Source: Lama glama
Taxonomy: Eukaryota
Direction: 5' to 3'
NCBI GenBank assembly: GCA_028534125.1
Contig: CM052817.1
Location: 91,576,001-91,640,000, forward strand
Length of the DNA: 64,000 nucleotides
The translations under genes were made by a program, and so were the position numbers. Under the pieces are notes generated by a model. That model saw nothing but the letters and a program-made list of their open reading frames with translations, was not told where the DNA came from and made no database searches. Below, one piece after another: positions 48,701-58,146 of the stretch (positions within the stretch are counted from its first letter, which is position 1; each line of letters opens with the position of its first letter).

Positions 48701-50192
48701 GAGTTCTGTGAGTTCAGGACATTGTTAAATTAAAACAACACCAACACTCCTTGAAGCTGGATAAAGAAATAGGAAGTTTAATAGTTACAGTAGGACAGTT
48801 ACCTTTTAGAGAATTCAGGAATATTATTCTACTTAATCTCTCCCTGAGACCTCGGGAGCACAGTTATGCTGACATAAAAATTCAGTTTCTTCTTCCAAAG
48901 TAGCAATAACTATGCATCCTTATGCATCTGTAAGCGTTGACACTTTGTTTCTCTTTACCACTTATGAGAACTTGTTTATACAAATTAGACAGAAACCAGA
49001 TTCAACCAAAAGCTAAAAAATGTTTACTTAGATGCTTGGTTTAAAATATTCCGGAATAATAACCACACAACGTTGCAAAACATCACGAAGTACTGTCTTG
49101 GGTAGAATCAAATAAATAGATACGCTAAAGAGTAATTTCCAGTATTCACTGTTACAAAATCATAACATCTCATGATACAAACAACTAGATTGTATAACGT
49201 CCCCACCTCGCTTTTTAGAACTAGCAGGGATTTAAAAAAAAAAAAAAAGAGGTGGAGAAACTCAGCAAAACAAAGTGGCGAGAAAAGTCGGGGGAGGGGC
49301 GCTAGAAGCGAAGGGGCGGAGAAACACGACACCAAAGCGGTGATATCACCCACAGCCAACTGCATGGAATTCAGAAAGTTAAGTGTCACCCAGCAATTTC
49401 GGTCCCGGCTTGCGGCGCGCCTGCACAGCGTGGCGGCGGCGGCATCGGGATCGGAGGCAGAAGGGGGAGGGGCGGTTTGACTGAGTTCGCCTGGGGGCAG
49501 CAGAGGCCGGGGCCACCGCCTCCGGGTGTGCGTGCGTTCAAGCCCCGGGTCGGGAGCGTTGTCCACAGCCCTGCAATGATTTCATCGTTTCGGAGGAGCG
49601 ACCGCCCTGGCCGCCGCTGCCACGTGCCTGGTCCGACCCCGTGCGCTGCGCTGGGGGACGGACCGGGACACGGCCGCGGTCACCGCGGGTCGCAGCGGCG
49701 TGAGGAAGGAAAGGGCTGGCGGCCAGAGAGGGGCTCGAGCTTGCCAAAACCGGGCGGGGGTATTGCTCCACGGAGACCGTCGGCCGCAGGGGGCTGTCCT
49801 CCTGCGCATCCCTACCTTCCACCCCCGAAACGGGGAAGGCCGGAGTGCGGGGCAGGTTTCGCAACTCCGAGGGCGGATGCAGGCGGTGGCCCGGCGGGAT
49901 GGAGCAGCCGTGTCCTCCTGGGGGCTTCGGCCCAGTGGAGCCCGATTCCCGGCCTGCGCCCCGCCGCGCAGTGCGCGCTCCCGGCGGCATGGCCGTGGCT
50001 GTCCGGCCCCTGTCCGAGCCCGGCAGCGGGCCACTCGCGTAGGGGACAGCGGCGGCCGCGGGGCCCGCCGCCGCGCGGGTCGCAGCCCGCCACTCCTCCC
50101 GCGTTCCCTGCCCTCCGCGACTCCTCCCCCGGCCCCAGAGAAATGCTTGTACCTTCTACCGCCTCCTCCACCATTTCGTCGTCGCTATCCAT
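11501..50192 (-). CDS. SETD7: SETD7 histone/protein-lysine N-methyltransferase, whole spliced CDS: join(50192-50153, 42387-42258, 30755-30554, 26983-26794, 21666-21585, 19245-19128, 16861-16704, 11681-11501), 366 aa
   Basis: Manual splicing gives 1101 nt with no internal stop, running [24 protein letters not shown]...KAFQATQQK*. All 7 introns are GT-AG and phases match. MORN repeats are N-terminal and the SET domain has Y245, N296-H297, Y305, Y335 and Y337 at the expected positions. Confidence 0.99.
11790..11958 (+). mobile_element. MER5A-like hAT relic
   Basis: GACCTGCTGAATCAGAACCTGCATTTTAACAGCATCTCTAGGTGATTCCTATGTACA core. Confidence 0.75.
12027..12555 (-). mobile_element. LINE-1 3' UTR/ORF2 end fragment
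   Basis: TTTTAGATTCCACATATAAGTGA and GGTCCATTCATGTTGCTGCAAATGGC motifs shared with other L1 copies in this window. Confidence 0.92.
13250..13455 (+). mobile_element. MIR SINE
   Basis: TCTCTGAATTTCACTTTCCTCATCTGCAAAAT..CACAGTGCCTGGCACA. Confidence 0.75.
13642..14106 (+). mobile_element. LINE-1 3' end fragment
   Basis: ORF2 end [32 protein letters not shown]-like AAAAAATAATAC on both sides. Confidence 0.93.
14352..14487 (-). mobile_element. tRNA-Ala-derived SINE (Vic-1 type, long tail)
   Basis: Head GGGGGAGGGTATAGCTCGGTGG...GGTTCAATCCCCAGTACCTCC, tail AAATAAACCTAATTACCCCC. Confidence 0.9.
15876..16235 (-). mobile_element. Older LINE-1 (L1M-type) 3' fragment
   Basis: ACAGCTTTATGGAGATATAATTCACA..AATGGAATCATA..TGACTGGCTTCTT motifs. 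Confidence 0.8.
16704..16861 (-). CDS. SETD7: SETD7 exon 7 (158 nt; [10 protein letters not shown]...[15 protein letters not shown])
   Basis: Acceptor CTGCAG|G, donor CT|GTGAGT; SET signature NHSxxPN and Y305. Confidence 0.98.
16900..17022 (+). mobile_element. tRNA-Ala-derived SINE (Vic-1 type) next to the exon 7 acceptor
   Basis: tRNA head and A tail; TSD AGAAAGGA(T/C)CTT at 16888-16899 and 17023-17034. Confidence 0.92.
17431..17558 (+). mobile_element. tRNA-Ala-derived SINE (Vic-1 type)
   Basis: GGGGAGGGTATAGCTCAGTGGTAGAGCACGTGCTTAGCATGC...GTTCAATCC followed by an A-rich tail. Confidence 0.9.
18335..18425 (-). mobile_element. L2 3' end
   Basis: CATTCAATCAACAGATATTG..GCCTACCATATGCCAGGCACTGTTC. 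Confidence 0.7.
19128..19245 (-). CDS. SETD7: SETD7 exon 6 (118 nt; [16 protein letters not shown]...[10 protein letters not shown])
   Basis: Acceptor ATTTAG|G, donor GAG|GTGAGT; SET-N motif GEGLF and Y245. Confidence 0.98.
19732..19818 (-). mobile_element. Very short L1 3'-end insertion
   Basis: Perfect 16-bp TSD CAGCAAAGGAATTTAT at 19716-19731 and 19819-19834; nearly identical to the 2075-2173 element. Confidence 0.88.
19840..20030 (+). mobile_element. MER58-like hAT relic
   Basis: TATGGCCC..CCAAATCCGGC..ACACAGCCAC..TTGAGTAGTTGCAA..CCTTTACAGAA..GTTTGCCAACC. Confidence 0.75.
20270..20670 (+). mobile_element. MLT1-type MaLR LTR remnant
   Basis: GGGCAGAAGTGAC..CCCTTAGCCTGAGTC..AAATAAAATGTCTGCTTTCTTAAATCACTGA..GTTGTTATG pattern. 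Confidence 0.65.
21585..21666 (-). CDS. SETD7: SETD7 exon 5 (82 nt; [26 protein letters not shown])
   Basis: Not in the ORF track; translated by hand. Acceptor TTCCAG|G, donor AG|GTAATT, phases fit exons 4 and 6. Confidence 0.97.
23941..24996. repeat. Inverted repeat pair with arms at 23941-24019 and 24918-24996
   Basis: Manual ungapped alignment of arm A with the reverse complement of arm B gives 67/79 identities. Confidence 0.9.
24130..24675 (-). mobile_element. LINE-1 3' fragment inserted into a MER5-like relic
   Basis: ORF2 end [32 protein letters not shown](A/G)TTG(T/C)AGATTCTT at 24112-24129 and 24676-24693. Confidence 0.92.
25313..25566 (-). mobile_element. Old L1MC-type 3' fragment
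   Basis: TTTACAGAAAAGCTGCA..TAGTACAGAGAGT..CAGATTTCACCAGTTTTCCCAC..CAGGATCCAATCCAG. Confidence 0.8.
26279..26691 (+). mobile_element. MLT1-type MaLR LTR
   Basis: GGCTTGGCCATGTGACTTGCTCTGACCAATG..TTTGCTGTTGTAAACCACTGAG..TGACTAGTAC. Confidence 0.8.
26794..26983 (-). CDS. SETD7: SETD7 exon 4 (190 nt; DGGSLVGEV...FELMPG)
   Basis: Acceptor CATCAG|G, donor A|GTAAGT. Confidence 0.98.
30554..30755 (-). CDS. SETD7: SETD7 exon 3 (202 nt; TLEGYYVDD...CWIYYP)
   Basis: Acceptor CTCACAG|C, donor CCA|GTAAGC. Confidence 0.98.
32298..32492. mobile_element. MER53-like palindromic hAT MITE
   Basis: AGTTAAGTTTGAATTTCAGATAAACAAC mirrored by GTTACTTATCTGAAAT..TTTAACTGG; ends CTGGTGACCCTA. Confidence 0.82.
33043..33247 (+). 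mobile_element. MER58A-like hAT relic
   Basis: GGTTGGCAAAC..CCTGTTTTTGTAAAT..GTTTTACTGGAACACAGCCAC..AAAGCCTAAAATATTTACT. Confidence 0.85.
35690..36112 (+). mobile_element. L1MA/MB-type 3' fragment
   Basis: CTTGAGGGCATTACGCTAAGTGAAA..AGAGAGTAGAATGGTGGTTGCCAGGGGCTG..TGTACACCTTAAAC..AATAAAGCTG. Confidence 0.87.
36520..36715 (+). mobile_element. MIR SINE
   Basis: GTGACCCGGGGCAAGTTATTTAATCTCCTTGTGCCTTAGTTTCTTCAT. Confidence 0.7.
38571..38724 (+). mobile_element. tRNA-Ala-derived SINE (Vic-1 type, long tail)
   Basis: tRNA head and tail; TSD-like AAAAGACTCTA / AAAACCCTCTA. Confidence 0.9.
39728..39763. repeat. (TG)18 microsatellite in intron 2
   Basis: Counted directly. Confidence 0.95.
40183..40352 (+). 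mobile_element. tRNA-Ala-derived SINE (Vic-1 type)
   Basis: tRNA head; TSD TGTACAGTTT at 40173-40182 and 40353-40362. Confidence 0.9.
41115..42240 (+). pseudogene. 5'-truncated processed ferritin heavy chain (FTH1-like) pseudogene in SETD7 intron 2, split by an LTR
   Basis: Decayed peptides [58 protein letters not shown] with no introns, stops (TAG 41134-41136) and frameshifts. FTH1-like 3' UTR at 41585-41607 and 42081-42215, A-rich tail, and a TSD. Confidence 0.95.
41608..42080 (+). mobile_element. Solo ERV LTR (ERV1/MER41-like) inserted into the FTH1 pseudogene 3' UTR
   Basis: Ends TGGAACCGA...TCGGTAACT (imperfect inverted termini). CCAAT 41844-41848, TATA-like TTTAAAAA 41906-41913, decayed polyA signal AGTGAA 41990-41995, GGGGG/GGGAG flanks. 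Family name is from memory. Confidence 0.85.
42258..42387 (-). CDS. SETD7: SETD7 exon 2 (130 nt; [10 protein letters not shown]...FFFFDG)
   Basis: Acceptor CTCCAG|G, donor AG|GTACCC; MORN-repeat peptide. Confidence 0.98.
47492..47537. repeat. 16-bp tandem repeat AAGAGTGACACTGATA x2.9, perfect
   Basis: Units at 47492-47507, 47508-47523 and 47524-47537. Confidence 0.95.
47660..47850 (+). mobile_element. MIR SINE
   Basis: CTTAACTTCTCTAAGCCTCAGTTGCCTC..ATGTGAAACACTTAGCACAGAGCCTG. Confidence 0.75.
48157..48271. mobile_element. MER94-like hAT relic
   Basis: Termini GAGTAACCATGTGTCCCAG...ATGTGGTCACCGTA. Confidence 0.5.
50153..50192 (-). CDS. SETD7: SETD7 coding exon 1 (40 nt; [14 protein letters not shown])
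   Basis: ATG in perfect Kozak context GCCGCCATGG; donor G|GTACAA. Confidence 0.97.
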
Positions 50193-50516
50193 GGCGGCTG
50201 GGGACCCTGCCCAGCTCGGGGCCGCGCGGCTGCCTCCCGTCCCTCCGGGTGCTCCAGGCGGCTGAGCGAGCGCTGGGGCTGAACCCTGCGAGTTTGGAGG
50301 AGGAGGAAGAGGAGGAGCAGTTGGGCCTGGCTCGCACTGCCTCCCCCTACAGCCCTTTCAATTCCTTGGTCTTAAGCTGCTCCGGCAGCAGCCGTCCCTC
50401 CTCCCTTCGCCCACTTGCCCCTCGCCTCCGAGGCTCCGGGGTGACGCCGTGGCCGCCGCCGCCGCTGCAACTTTCTCCTGTAATACCCCGTCTTTGTTAT
50501 GGAGCAGCTGATCCGC

Positions 50517-50582
50517 TGACATCACCCAGCGCCGGTGCGCTCCCTCCCTCGCTGATTGACAGTTCCCTGTCCCTTCCCAGAA
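50517..50582. promoter_or_regulatory. Proximal promoter motif cluster: CRE-like TGACATCA (50517-50524), PBX-PKNOX/MEIS decamer TGATTGACAG (50553-50562), STAT GAS TTCCCAGAA (50574-50582)
   Basis: Exact motif strings present; binding not demonstrated. Confidence 0.5.
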
Positions 50583-53500
50583 GTAAGGCTCCTTAAAACG
50601 AAAGGCGCTCCGGGTCCGCGCTGACTCTGCACCCCAGCCCACCAGCTCCCGGGCCCATCAGGGTTTATCTTTTGCTTCTGCGCCGCTTGGTGCGCTCCAA
50701 CGCGCCACGCGGTCCTGGGCGCCGCGGACTCCTCACGGGCACTTGGGACCCCCGGGTACCAGCTCTCTGGGGGCTCAGAACTCCCGACTTCCAGCTGTGC
50801 CAGGGGCCACTTGGAAGTCCGCGTGCAATGCCTGCCAGCGCGCCCCACCCCCCGCCCCGGGATAGCCTCCAAAGAGCAGGGGAAGCTAAGGCAGCGTTTC
50901 TGACGCTCCAGCGCCTCAACTTCCTCTCATCCTCGCCCCCTACTTCACCCCGTTTGCCACCCGGAGCTGCACGAGTGCGGCACGCACGGGAGCGCAGGTG
51001 TCCCCGCGTTGCCGCATCACATCCGTGAGCAGGTTTTCCAGACTCAGGGTGGTGACATCCAGTCCGGACTGCGGCTCCCACCCTAGCGCGCCGCGTCCCC
51101 ACCCTCCTCGGGACTGTCAGGCGTCTTGGGTGATTCAGAAATTCCCCAAATCCAAATAGCAGCAGGCTCTATCTCAGGCAGGAAACAAGCCGCGCGGAAG
51201 GCCCGGCAGGTCCCTCCTCGCGGTTGTGGTAACGGAAAAGGAGCCACCGAGTGGAGCTACCGAGGAAGGACCCTCCGTCTGGCGCGCCTCCTTCTCGCGC
51301 CTCCCGCCCTGTACGTGTGATGTCCCCAGCCGTCTCCCTGATTCTCCGAGTGCCAACCCTCCACGGATTCGGGCTTTTCAAGTGGAGAACATCACGGTGC
51401 ACCCGCTCCCCGGCCCAGCCACTTAGTGTCATTATGGCGTTGCCTCTTACAGGTGGCGGTAAAGGGCAGCTGTAAATAGCTGGTTAAATGGATGCAAATG
51501 TACACAATGTACCGTGGAATTACCGGGTGCCGCTCTGGGCATCTGCCAAGAACAGCTACTGCACGGAGCGGGCGGGGGAAATAGGAGGCAGCAGAGAAAG
51601 TTGTTCCATTTTGTTTTCTGAACGACGAGTGAAACTGGGGATTTCAAAGTACTTCCAGTACCCGGGAGACCACGCCTTGCTTTTGACTTTGTGCTTAAAT
51701 GCCAGATTAAAAAAAAAAAATCGACTACTGTGAGTTTCTTCTTAAACTCAGTTTTTCCTCTGTGAAAAAGACAACAATGTCAGGGTTATTTGTCCCATAC
51801 ACTGCCAGGAATTTCATCCCCTTTTGAAAGGGAGGGAAGGGCCCTGGATCAGGAATTAGGAAACTTGGGTACTGGTGCTACTCACCTGCAGAGGGGCTCT
51901 GGGAGGCCACCCCTGCCAGCCTGAATTGCTCCCCTAGAAGATAAGAGGTTTAGGTTATACTGACATAAAGACCCTCTGACTTAGTCTAGAGCTCTCAGAG
52001 GTCGTCCAGCTTAGTGTATACCTTTCTAAAGCCTTCTGGCTTAAATTTAACCTCCTTAAAGTCCTCCAGCACAGAGACCTGGGCTCCAAAGCTACACAGA
52101 GCAGGGATTCCTGCAGTGGAAGATGAAAGGGCCACTTCAGGTTACATCATTTTCAAACATGAACCACAGAAACAGGATTTTATTTCTGATTTAAAAAAAA
52201 AAAACCATCATGTACTGACCTTAGTCACTCACTAGTTTTGAATTATATGATTCTTTCCCCCTTTTTAAACATACCATCTCCTCTCTTACATGTTACGCTA
52301 ATGCACAAAAACACACCAGATAATCATCATCATCTCCAGTTTCCAGCTTATCTTCTGGGGCAAAAAAAAATGCTTAAAGCTAAAGGAAACAGAAATTATT
52401 TCTTTACTCAAAGAGGGCTGAGGCAGGGGAAGGGTAGGTTGGATGAAATCTCCCCTCAAAACACTCAGGTGGAGTCACAGAGACACAAGTTCACGGTAGA
52501 TGGTTGTGGAGAGGGAGGAATCACGTCACAAGTGTCCTGCCCTAACTTTAGGTTCAGAGGAGGATGTCCAACTCTCTCTTTGGTGCTGGGGTGTTTTCCA
52601 GCCTTAACTGCACACCAAAACAGTCAAGTGCTCATTTTCCACCTGCTGCCTTAGGAACACCTGGAACCGTGCACGCAGCCCCGGTCACTGCAGCAGGCCT
52701 CCTCTGGACTTGTAAGGGATGGGGTGAGAAGTAGCCAGGGTCTTCCTGCCAGAACTTTCTTCAGATTTGCACATGAGGCAGGCAGCAGCTGGGATACAGT
52801 CCCAGGGCCTTTTCCCCATCACTCATGCCTGCTGGCTCTTGGCCCAAAGTTTAGGCAGAATTGTTTTGATGATTCCCTTAAGATCCATTTGCATTTTACA
52901 AGTCATTTTGTGTGTGTTTTCAATCTCTGCTAGACTGATGGACTGCTGCTTCTTTAGAGCCCCAGAACCCAGCACAAGGGCCTGGTACAGAAGGAAGAAG
53001 GTTAAGCCTTGTCAGTGATGATTGTGCAGAGAGAAATATTCTGTTTTGTATAAACAGTGCTGAGCCTTTCTCAGACTGAATCCTCTTCCTGTGTTTGGCA
53101 AAACGCTTTGTTTTAGTTCCCGGCTGAAGAGCGTTTTTGAGTTGTGCTGCTTTCCCACATCTATTGGCCCCAAATCTGCTTCCATTGCATTCTTTCCCAC
53201 AGTTTTCTTCATTGAGAGCTCATCTCATAAACCCTCTTTCCATTTGGCTTCCGGCCATTCTCCTCTGTCGTACTCTGTCCCCACCAGTGTGGTCATGGGC
53301 TAGAAAATCAATCGAGCTCTTAATCACAGTGTGCCGCCGTGACAGCGGCAGGGCTCAGCTTCTAACTCAGCAGATCCCAATGCGCCAGCACAAGCCCTCC
53401 CAGGGAGGACAGGGATGGCTGGGGACATCCAGCAGCCGGGCCCTAGGGTGGGACTTGTTTCCATGCTCACTCACACCAAGGAGTGGCTTTTCTAAGCTGC

Positions 53501-56500
53501 TTTGCTTCCTTTTCATCCAAAGATAAATCCCTCTCTTCACACTCAGCTTGGGGAACAGAAGTCCCTCTTACACTGCAGCAAGCAGTCAAAATACTGAGTT
53601 ATTTTATTCATTTTACCACCCATGTCTTTCCCCAGAGAAAGCTGGTGCTTACTTACACAAGACTGATATAACTTTTGCAGTAAATATATTTTCATAGGCT
53701 GCTTGTATTTTATGCATCTTCCTACATTTAGAAGAAAGAATTCTGTCAATTCACCACTGTACATGCTGGCAAATAGCGAAAAGCCTAGTGGATGTGGAAC
53801 TTGTGTGGAATTTACTTATCTGACTGTCGCTGAGCCCTCATCCTGTCCTGCTGGTAGGGGCTGGAAGGGTCCAAGCTGGTAGGGGCTGGAGGAGTTGTAG
53901 GGTTTCCATGATCCTGGGAGGCAGAGCCTTTCCAGGGGTCCCAGTGGATCTATGGCTGGTTTGCCGGCTCTGCTTTGATCTTTTGTTTACACTGCTGGCA
54001 GGGAGATGGGGCAGAATGAGTGAAGGAACTCTTAAATAATCATCAAGTCTCATTTTGGCCCAGCTCAACCCTTGAAAAGATTTTTTCCCACCATTATCTG
54101 CCAATCTGATTGAGTTTTCACCCTGTTTGTTTTGGTTCCTCCAGCGACTAGCCATGCAACTTGTCAGTTAAGCTCTCTGGACCTTAGTTTTCCCATCTGT
54201 GAACTAGGAGTTTGGGCTACCAAAATTCTAAGCTTAAACCTTCTCTGTCCACCTTTCCTGGGAAAAAGCTAACTAGAGGATGAAGAGCTCCAGGGACACA
54301 CACAGAAAAAGAAAGAAGCAGGGGCTACCCCAGTGAACGGGAGTATTCACGCCCCAAGTCATCTCAGCTTGACGGCACTGAGGGAGGGACTTTATCTTAC
54401 TCTAGGAAGAGAAGCAGGAGCCTTTCAGGAGAACCAAGTTTCTTGGATTCTTGAATCACTGAGATGCTAATCAAGTGGCTAACTGTGTTAGTGACAACTG
54501 CAGAAGCCGGAGGGAGGGGCAGGGACAGGAGCATCGAGAAGGAGCAGGGTGTGGGGGAGGAGATGTGGATGAAAGGGAAGCATTTACAGCATGTGGAGCA
54601 CTGCAGAGAGCAACTGGGAACATCAAGGGCACCAAATAAAGGTCCGGGAGCAAAGGAAGAGATGGAGAAAATTCATTCTGCTGGAAAAAGACACGACTGC
54701 AGTCGTGAAGAGAACTCATGAATTCAGGGTGACCTGATTTGATTACAGCAACAGGAAGTGCAGGAGAGAGAGGGCAGAATAACCTGACCTGAGGAAGTGA
54801 ATTAAATAATAGAGAAGACATCATAGTTGCCATGGCATTTAAGTATCTTGCACCACATTAAGCTTGGTTTTTCTCTCTCTTGCTTGATTCTTGTTCTTGC
54901 AACATGTTAATGTCATTGCAGTATATCTGGTAAACTAAATTTAGACCTTTTTGGGGCATGGAGGAAGGGAAGACGCAGCCCAGGTCTTCCCTGTTTGGGT
55001 CCACTCTGGGCAAATATTCTTCCTCCGCAGTGTGCCTGGTTCTTTTGGTTTTTGCATTGTGGGATATGAAAATTCTTTTCAGGCTTGGGTCTGGTGAAGC
55101 TGTTGAGTGACATAATTTGGAGAAGAAAGAAAAAAAGAAAAAATTGGAAACAATGTCCAAGAAATGACTACTTTAGAAAGTACTTCAGAAAAACCAATAG
55201 TTTGCAGAAATTTGAAAAATACAACGACCATCAAAACGAAACTGTTTTCTTAAGTATCATTTTATTTTATTGCTTAAAAAAGATTTTTTTAACTGGGCTG
55301 TAATTCAGGTTATTAGGTCCTGTAATCAGTCACGTGCCAATGCTAACATTGTGAGGGGGAGGGTACATTGTATATCTTTTGACATTACTGTATGCAGAGT
55401 GAATGGAAGGGCATTTCCAGCTGACTTATTTACCACAAATGTCACAACATGCATCAAGGCTCAGACCCTGACCTTCCTCAAATAAACTTACATTAACCAG
55501 ACCCTAGAGACTGATGTACATACCTGATTTATGACCAACAGACCAGAATACTCATGGCAAGTACAGTCTCTTTTTGTAGATAAATGTACCTGAGAAGGCA
55601 AATTCCATCCAGATGTTTGCTTAGCCTAGAGTTAAAATAAATGAAGTTAGTTGTGTGGTCTAAGAGAAATAGTCCTGACACAATGCCCTGAAAGAATGAA
55701 GCAGCCCATCCACCCCACCTATGCCAGCTTCTGGGAGTTTGAGCTTCTTTTCTGTATGCTCTAGTCTCTTCAAACCCGTTTCTGCACATAGCATCCTATA
55801 CAGCCTATCAGGCAGATTTACACTTTTAAAGTCCTAATCGCATTCCATTGCAACTTTCCTGATATTACAGTTAAGTCACTTTGATGGGAATTTGGGGTAT
55901 TTCCAAATTCTTCAATTACAAATTCAGTCACTGTCTTGGTTTACTCCCACTGAATTCTAGTCAAATCCATTGCATGTGAGGATTTTGCTAGTCTAACTTT
56001 CTGAGGGTGTCTTGGTTTCCAGGTTCTTGGAGAAGAACTTCTTTTTTGCTTTCTGGGCTTCCAACAGTGACATAATCTTCCTTAGGCCACCTTGCATTTT
56101 GAATAAAGAGATCAGGTTTATAAAGGTACAAAGGTCCTGTAATGTGACTGTGTTGTCCATCTTTTCCTGGACACCCAGCTCAAGGATATTTTCCTCTTCT
56201 TTGCAGGAGTAGTGAAGCTGGCCTTTTGCTATGATGACTTAGGCTGTGAAATTTTACCTTAAGGGTGCAGGTACCATTAACTCTAACATAGATGGAAAGT
56301 AAACAGGACTCTGATTTTGAATTCAGTATCCAGAAATGAAAATATTGACATGACCCTGTTAAGTTATAAACAAGGAGAGGTTGACAGTATTTCTGGAACC
56401 CCTGGCATTGAAATGACACCCTTGACCCATAGACAGCCCCACCGAGAGGGGCTTAATGCTGAGCCATCCCTTCTTGAGATGGCCTTTGTTGGGGACTTGC

Positions 56501-57479
56501 CTTGCAGTCTTTTTGAATGCAGAATGTCCTTTCAAGTCATTTAAGGTCCTATTCCTCTTTGCTGAGTCCAGAGATCAATTCCCAGGAAAAGATGCTGTTG
56601 CCAACTTTTGGAATATATTTCAGCTCAATTTAAAGAGCCCAACTCAAATGCTCCTGTGCTCCACTCTAGATAGAGGAACACAAAGCAGCAGCCCTGCGGA
56701 AGGCTCTGCACTGTCTCCTTGGAGAACCATGCTAGTTGAGCAGTTATGGGGGCAGGTCTTCTATGAGCCCTGAGCACCTTTCCCCAAACTGGCACCTGGG
56801 CAGTGCGTCTCGAGCCTTGGCTGAGCATGGGTTCCCCATTGGAGTGGGCAGCCTAGGAATTGCTCAGCTGGGAAGGCAGGGCGCCTCCTCCACCTTGGCT
56901 GTGCTCCCTCTCTCTGACCTCCCCTGCGATTCTGTGCCCATTCAGGTGCGGCAAAAGGTTGTGATTTGAAGCAGACTAGGGTCATTTCTCAGTTATATAT
57001 GGGATAAGAGAGAGGGCAAGTCAATTTCCTTTTCCCTCTCACCAATCCTGTGTAAGATTTGGGTATTTTGCAATAACTTTCCTGTTTCCAAATCGTCCCT
57101 CTGAAAATGCTTATTGAAAAATTTGGGGTTATACAGTGAATTTAGCTAGTTTATAGATTAACTTTTCTCCAAAGGCCTATTTCTCTCATTACCATACTCT
57201 TCCAGCATTTGGAGAGTTTCTGTCTTGAATAGAAAGCAATTTGGTATCTATGACCTCATTAGTATCTCAAAGTAATCCTCTAGACCATGGTTTAAAGACT
57301 TGCCCAGGATCCCACAACAAAAACATGGCCAAGTGGGGCTCAAATCAAGGCTCATTGGGCCTTTGACCATACCACACACCTCATGCAGAGGGATGAGATC
57401 CTTTAGAGGGTGGCCATAGGAGGGCAGGAGATCAGTGAGAAGAGAATGGCGCTTAGAGATGGTCTACTGTCTACCTTGA

Positions 57480-57615
57480 CCTATGTGATTTCATTTAATC
57501 CTGAAAATGACCTTATGGAGTATTATCTCCATTTATAGGTGAGGCAGCCTGAGATTCTATGTTTAAATGACTTGTCTGAGGTCACATCAGCAGTGATATT
57601 GGGATTGGAGCCATA
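57480..57615 (-). mobile_element. MIR SINE
   Basis: TTTCATTTAATCCT..TATTATCTCCATTTATAGGTGAGG..TGACTTGTCTGAGGTCACA. Confidence 0.7.
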
Positions 57616-57837
57616 GCTGTTCAAACTATGAAGAACCACATGCAGAAGAAAGGAAAATGACAGGACAGTGGTGGAAAAGCAATTCTAGAAGTTGACTGAG
57701 AAAAGAGAAAGTATTGAGGAAGGCTTCCATGCAAGATGGAACCATGGAGGACAGAACACAAGAGCAAACACAAGGCTGGCCCTGGATGGCAGAGGAGAGC
57801 TTTGACTTTATCTCTGAAGGTATGCTCCCCACTGCCA

Positions 57838-58146
57838 AGTTTTGTTGAGATATAATTAACACACATCACTGTATAAGTTTAAGGTGTACAGCATTAGCAG
57901 TTTGACTTACATAGATTGTGAAATGATTTCCAAAATGTGGTTAGTTAGCATGCATCATCTCATATAGACACAATAAAAAGAAAAAGCAAAAAATTTTTTT
58001 TTCTTGTGATGAGAACCTTTAGGATTAACTCTCTTAACAATGTTCCTGTATATTACACAGCAGTGTTAACTATAGTCATCCCATTGTACATGGCACCCCT
58101 AGTACTTATATACCTTATAACTGGAAGTTTGTACCTTTGACCACCT
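57838..58146 (-). mobile_element. LINE-1 3' UTR fragment
   Basis: TTGAGATATAATTAACA..TATAAGTTTAAGGTGTACAGC..TATAACTGGAAGTTTGTACCTTTGACCA. Confidence 0.85.

Larger units (their letters stand above)
49390..51450. promoter_or_regulatory. CpG island covering the SETD7 promoter, 5' UTR, exon 1 and start of intron 1
   Basis: Very high GC and CpG density against CpG-depleted flanks. TSS is probably near 50480 (inferred). No upstream ATG on the minus strand between about 50480 and the start codon. Confidence 0.92.

Noticed and set aside
49477..51102. Long ORFs (262, 298, 150 and 145 aa) over the CpG island
   Set aside because: These are Pro/Arg/Gly/Ala-rich frames expected in stop-poor GC-rich DNA. 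They overlap the promoter and exon 1 and show no recognisable domain.
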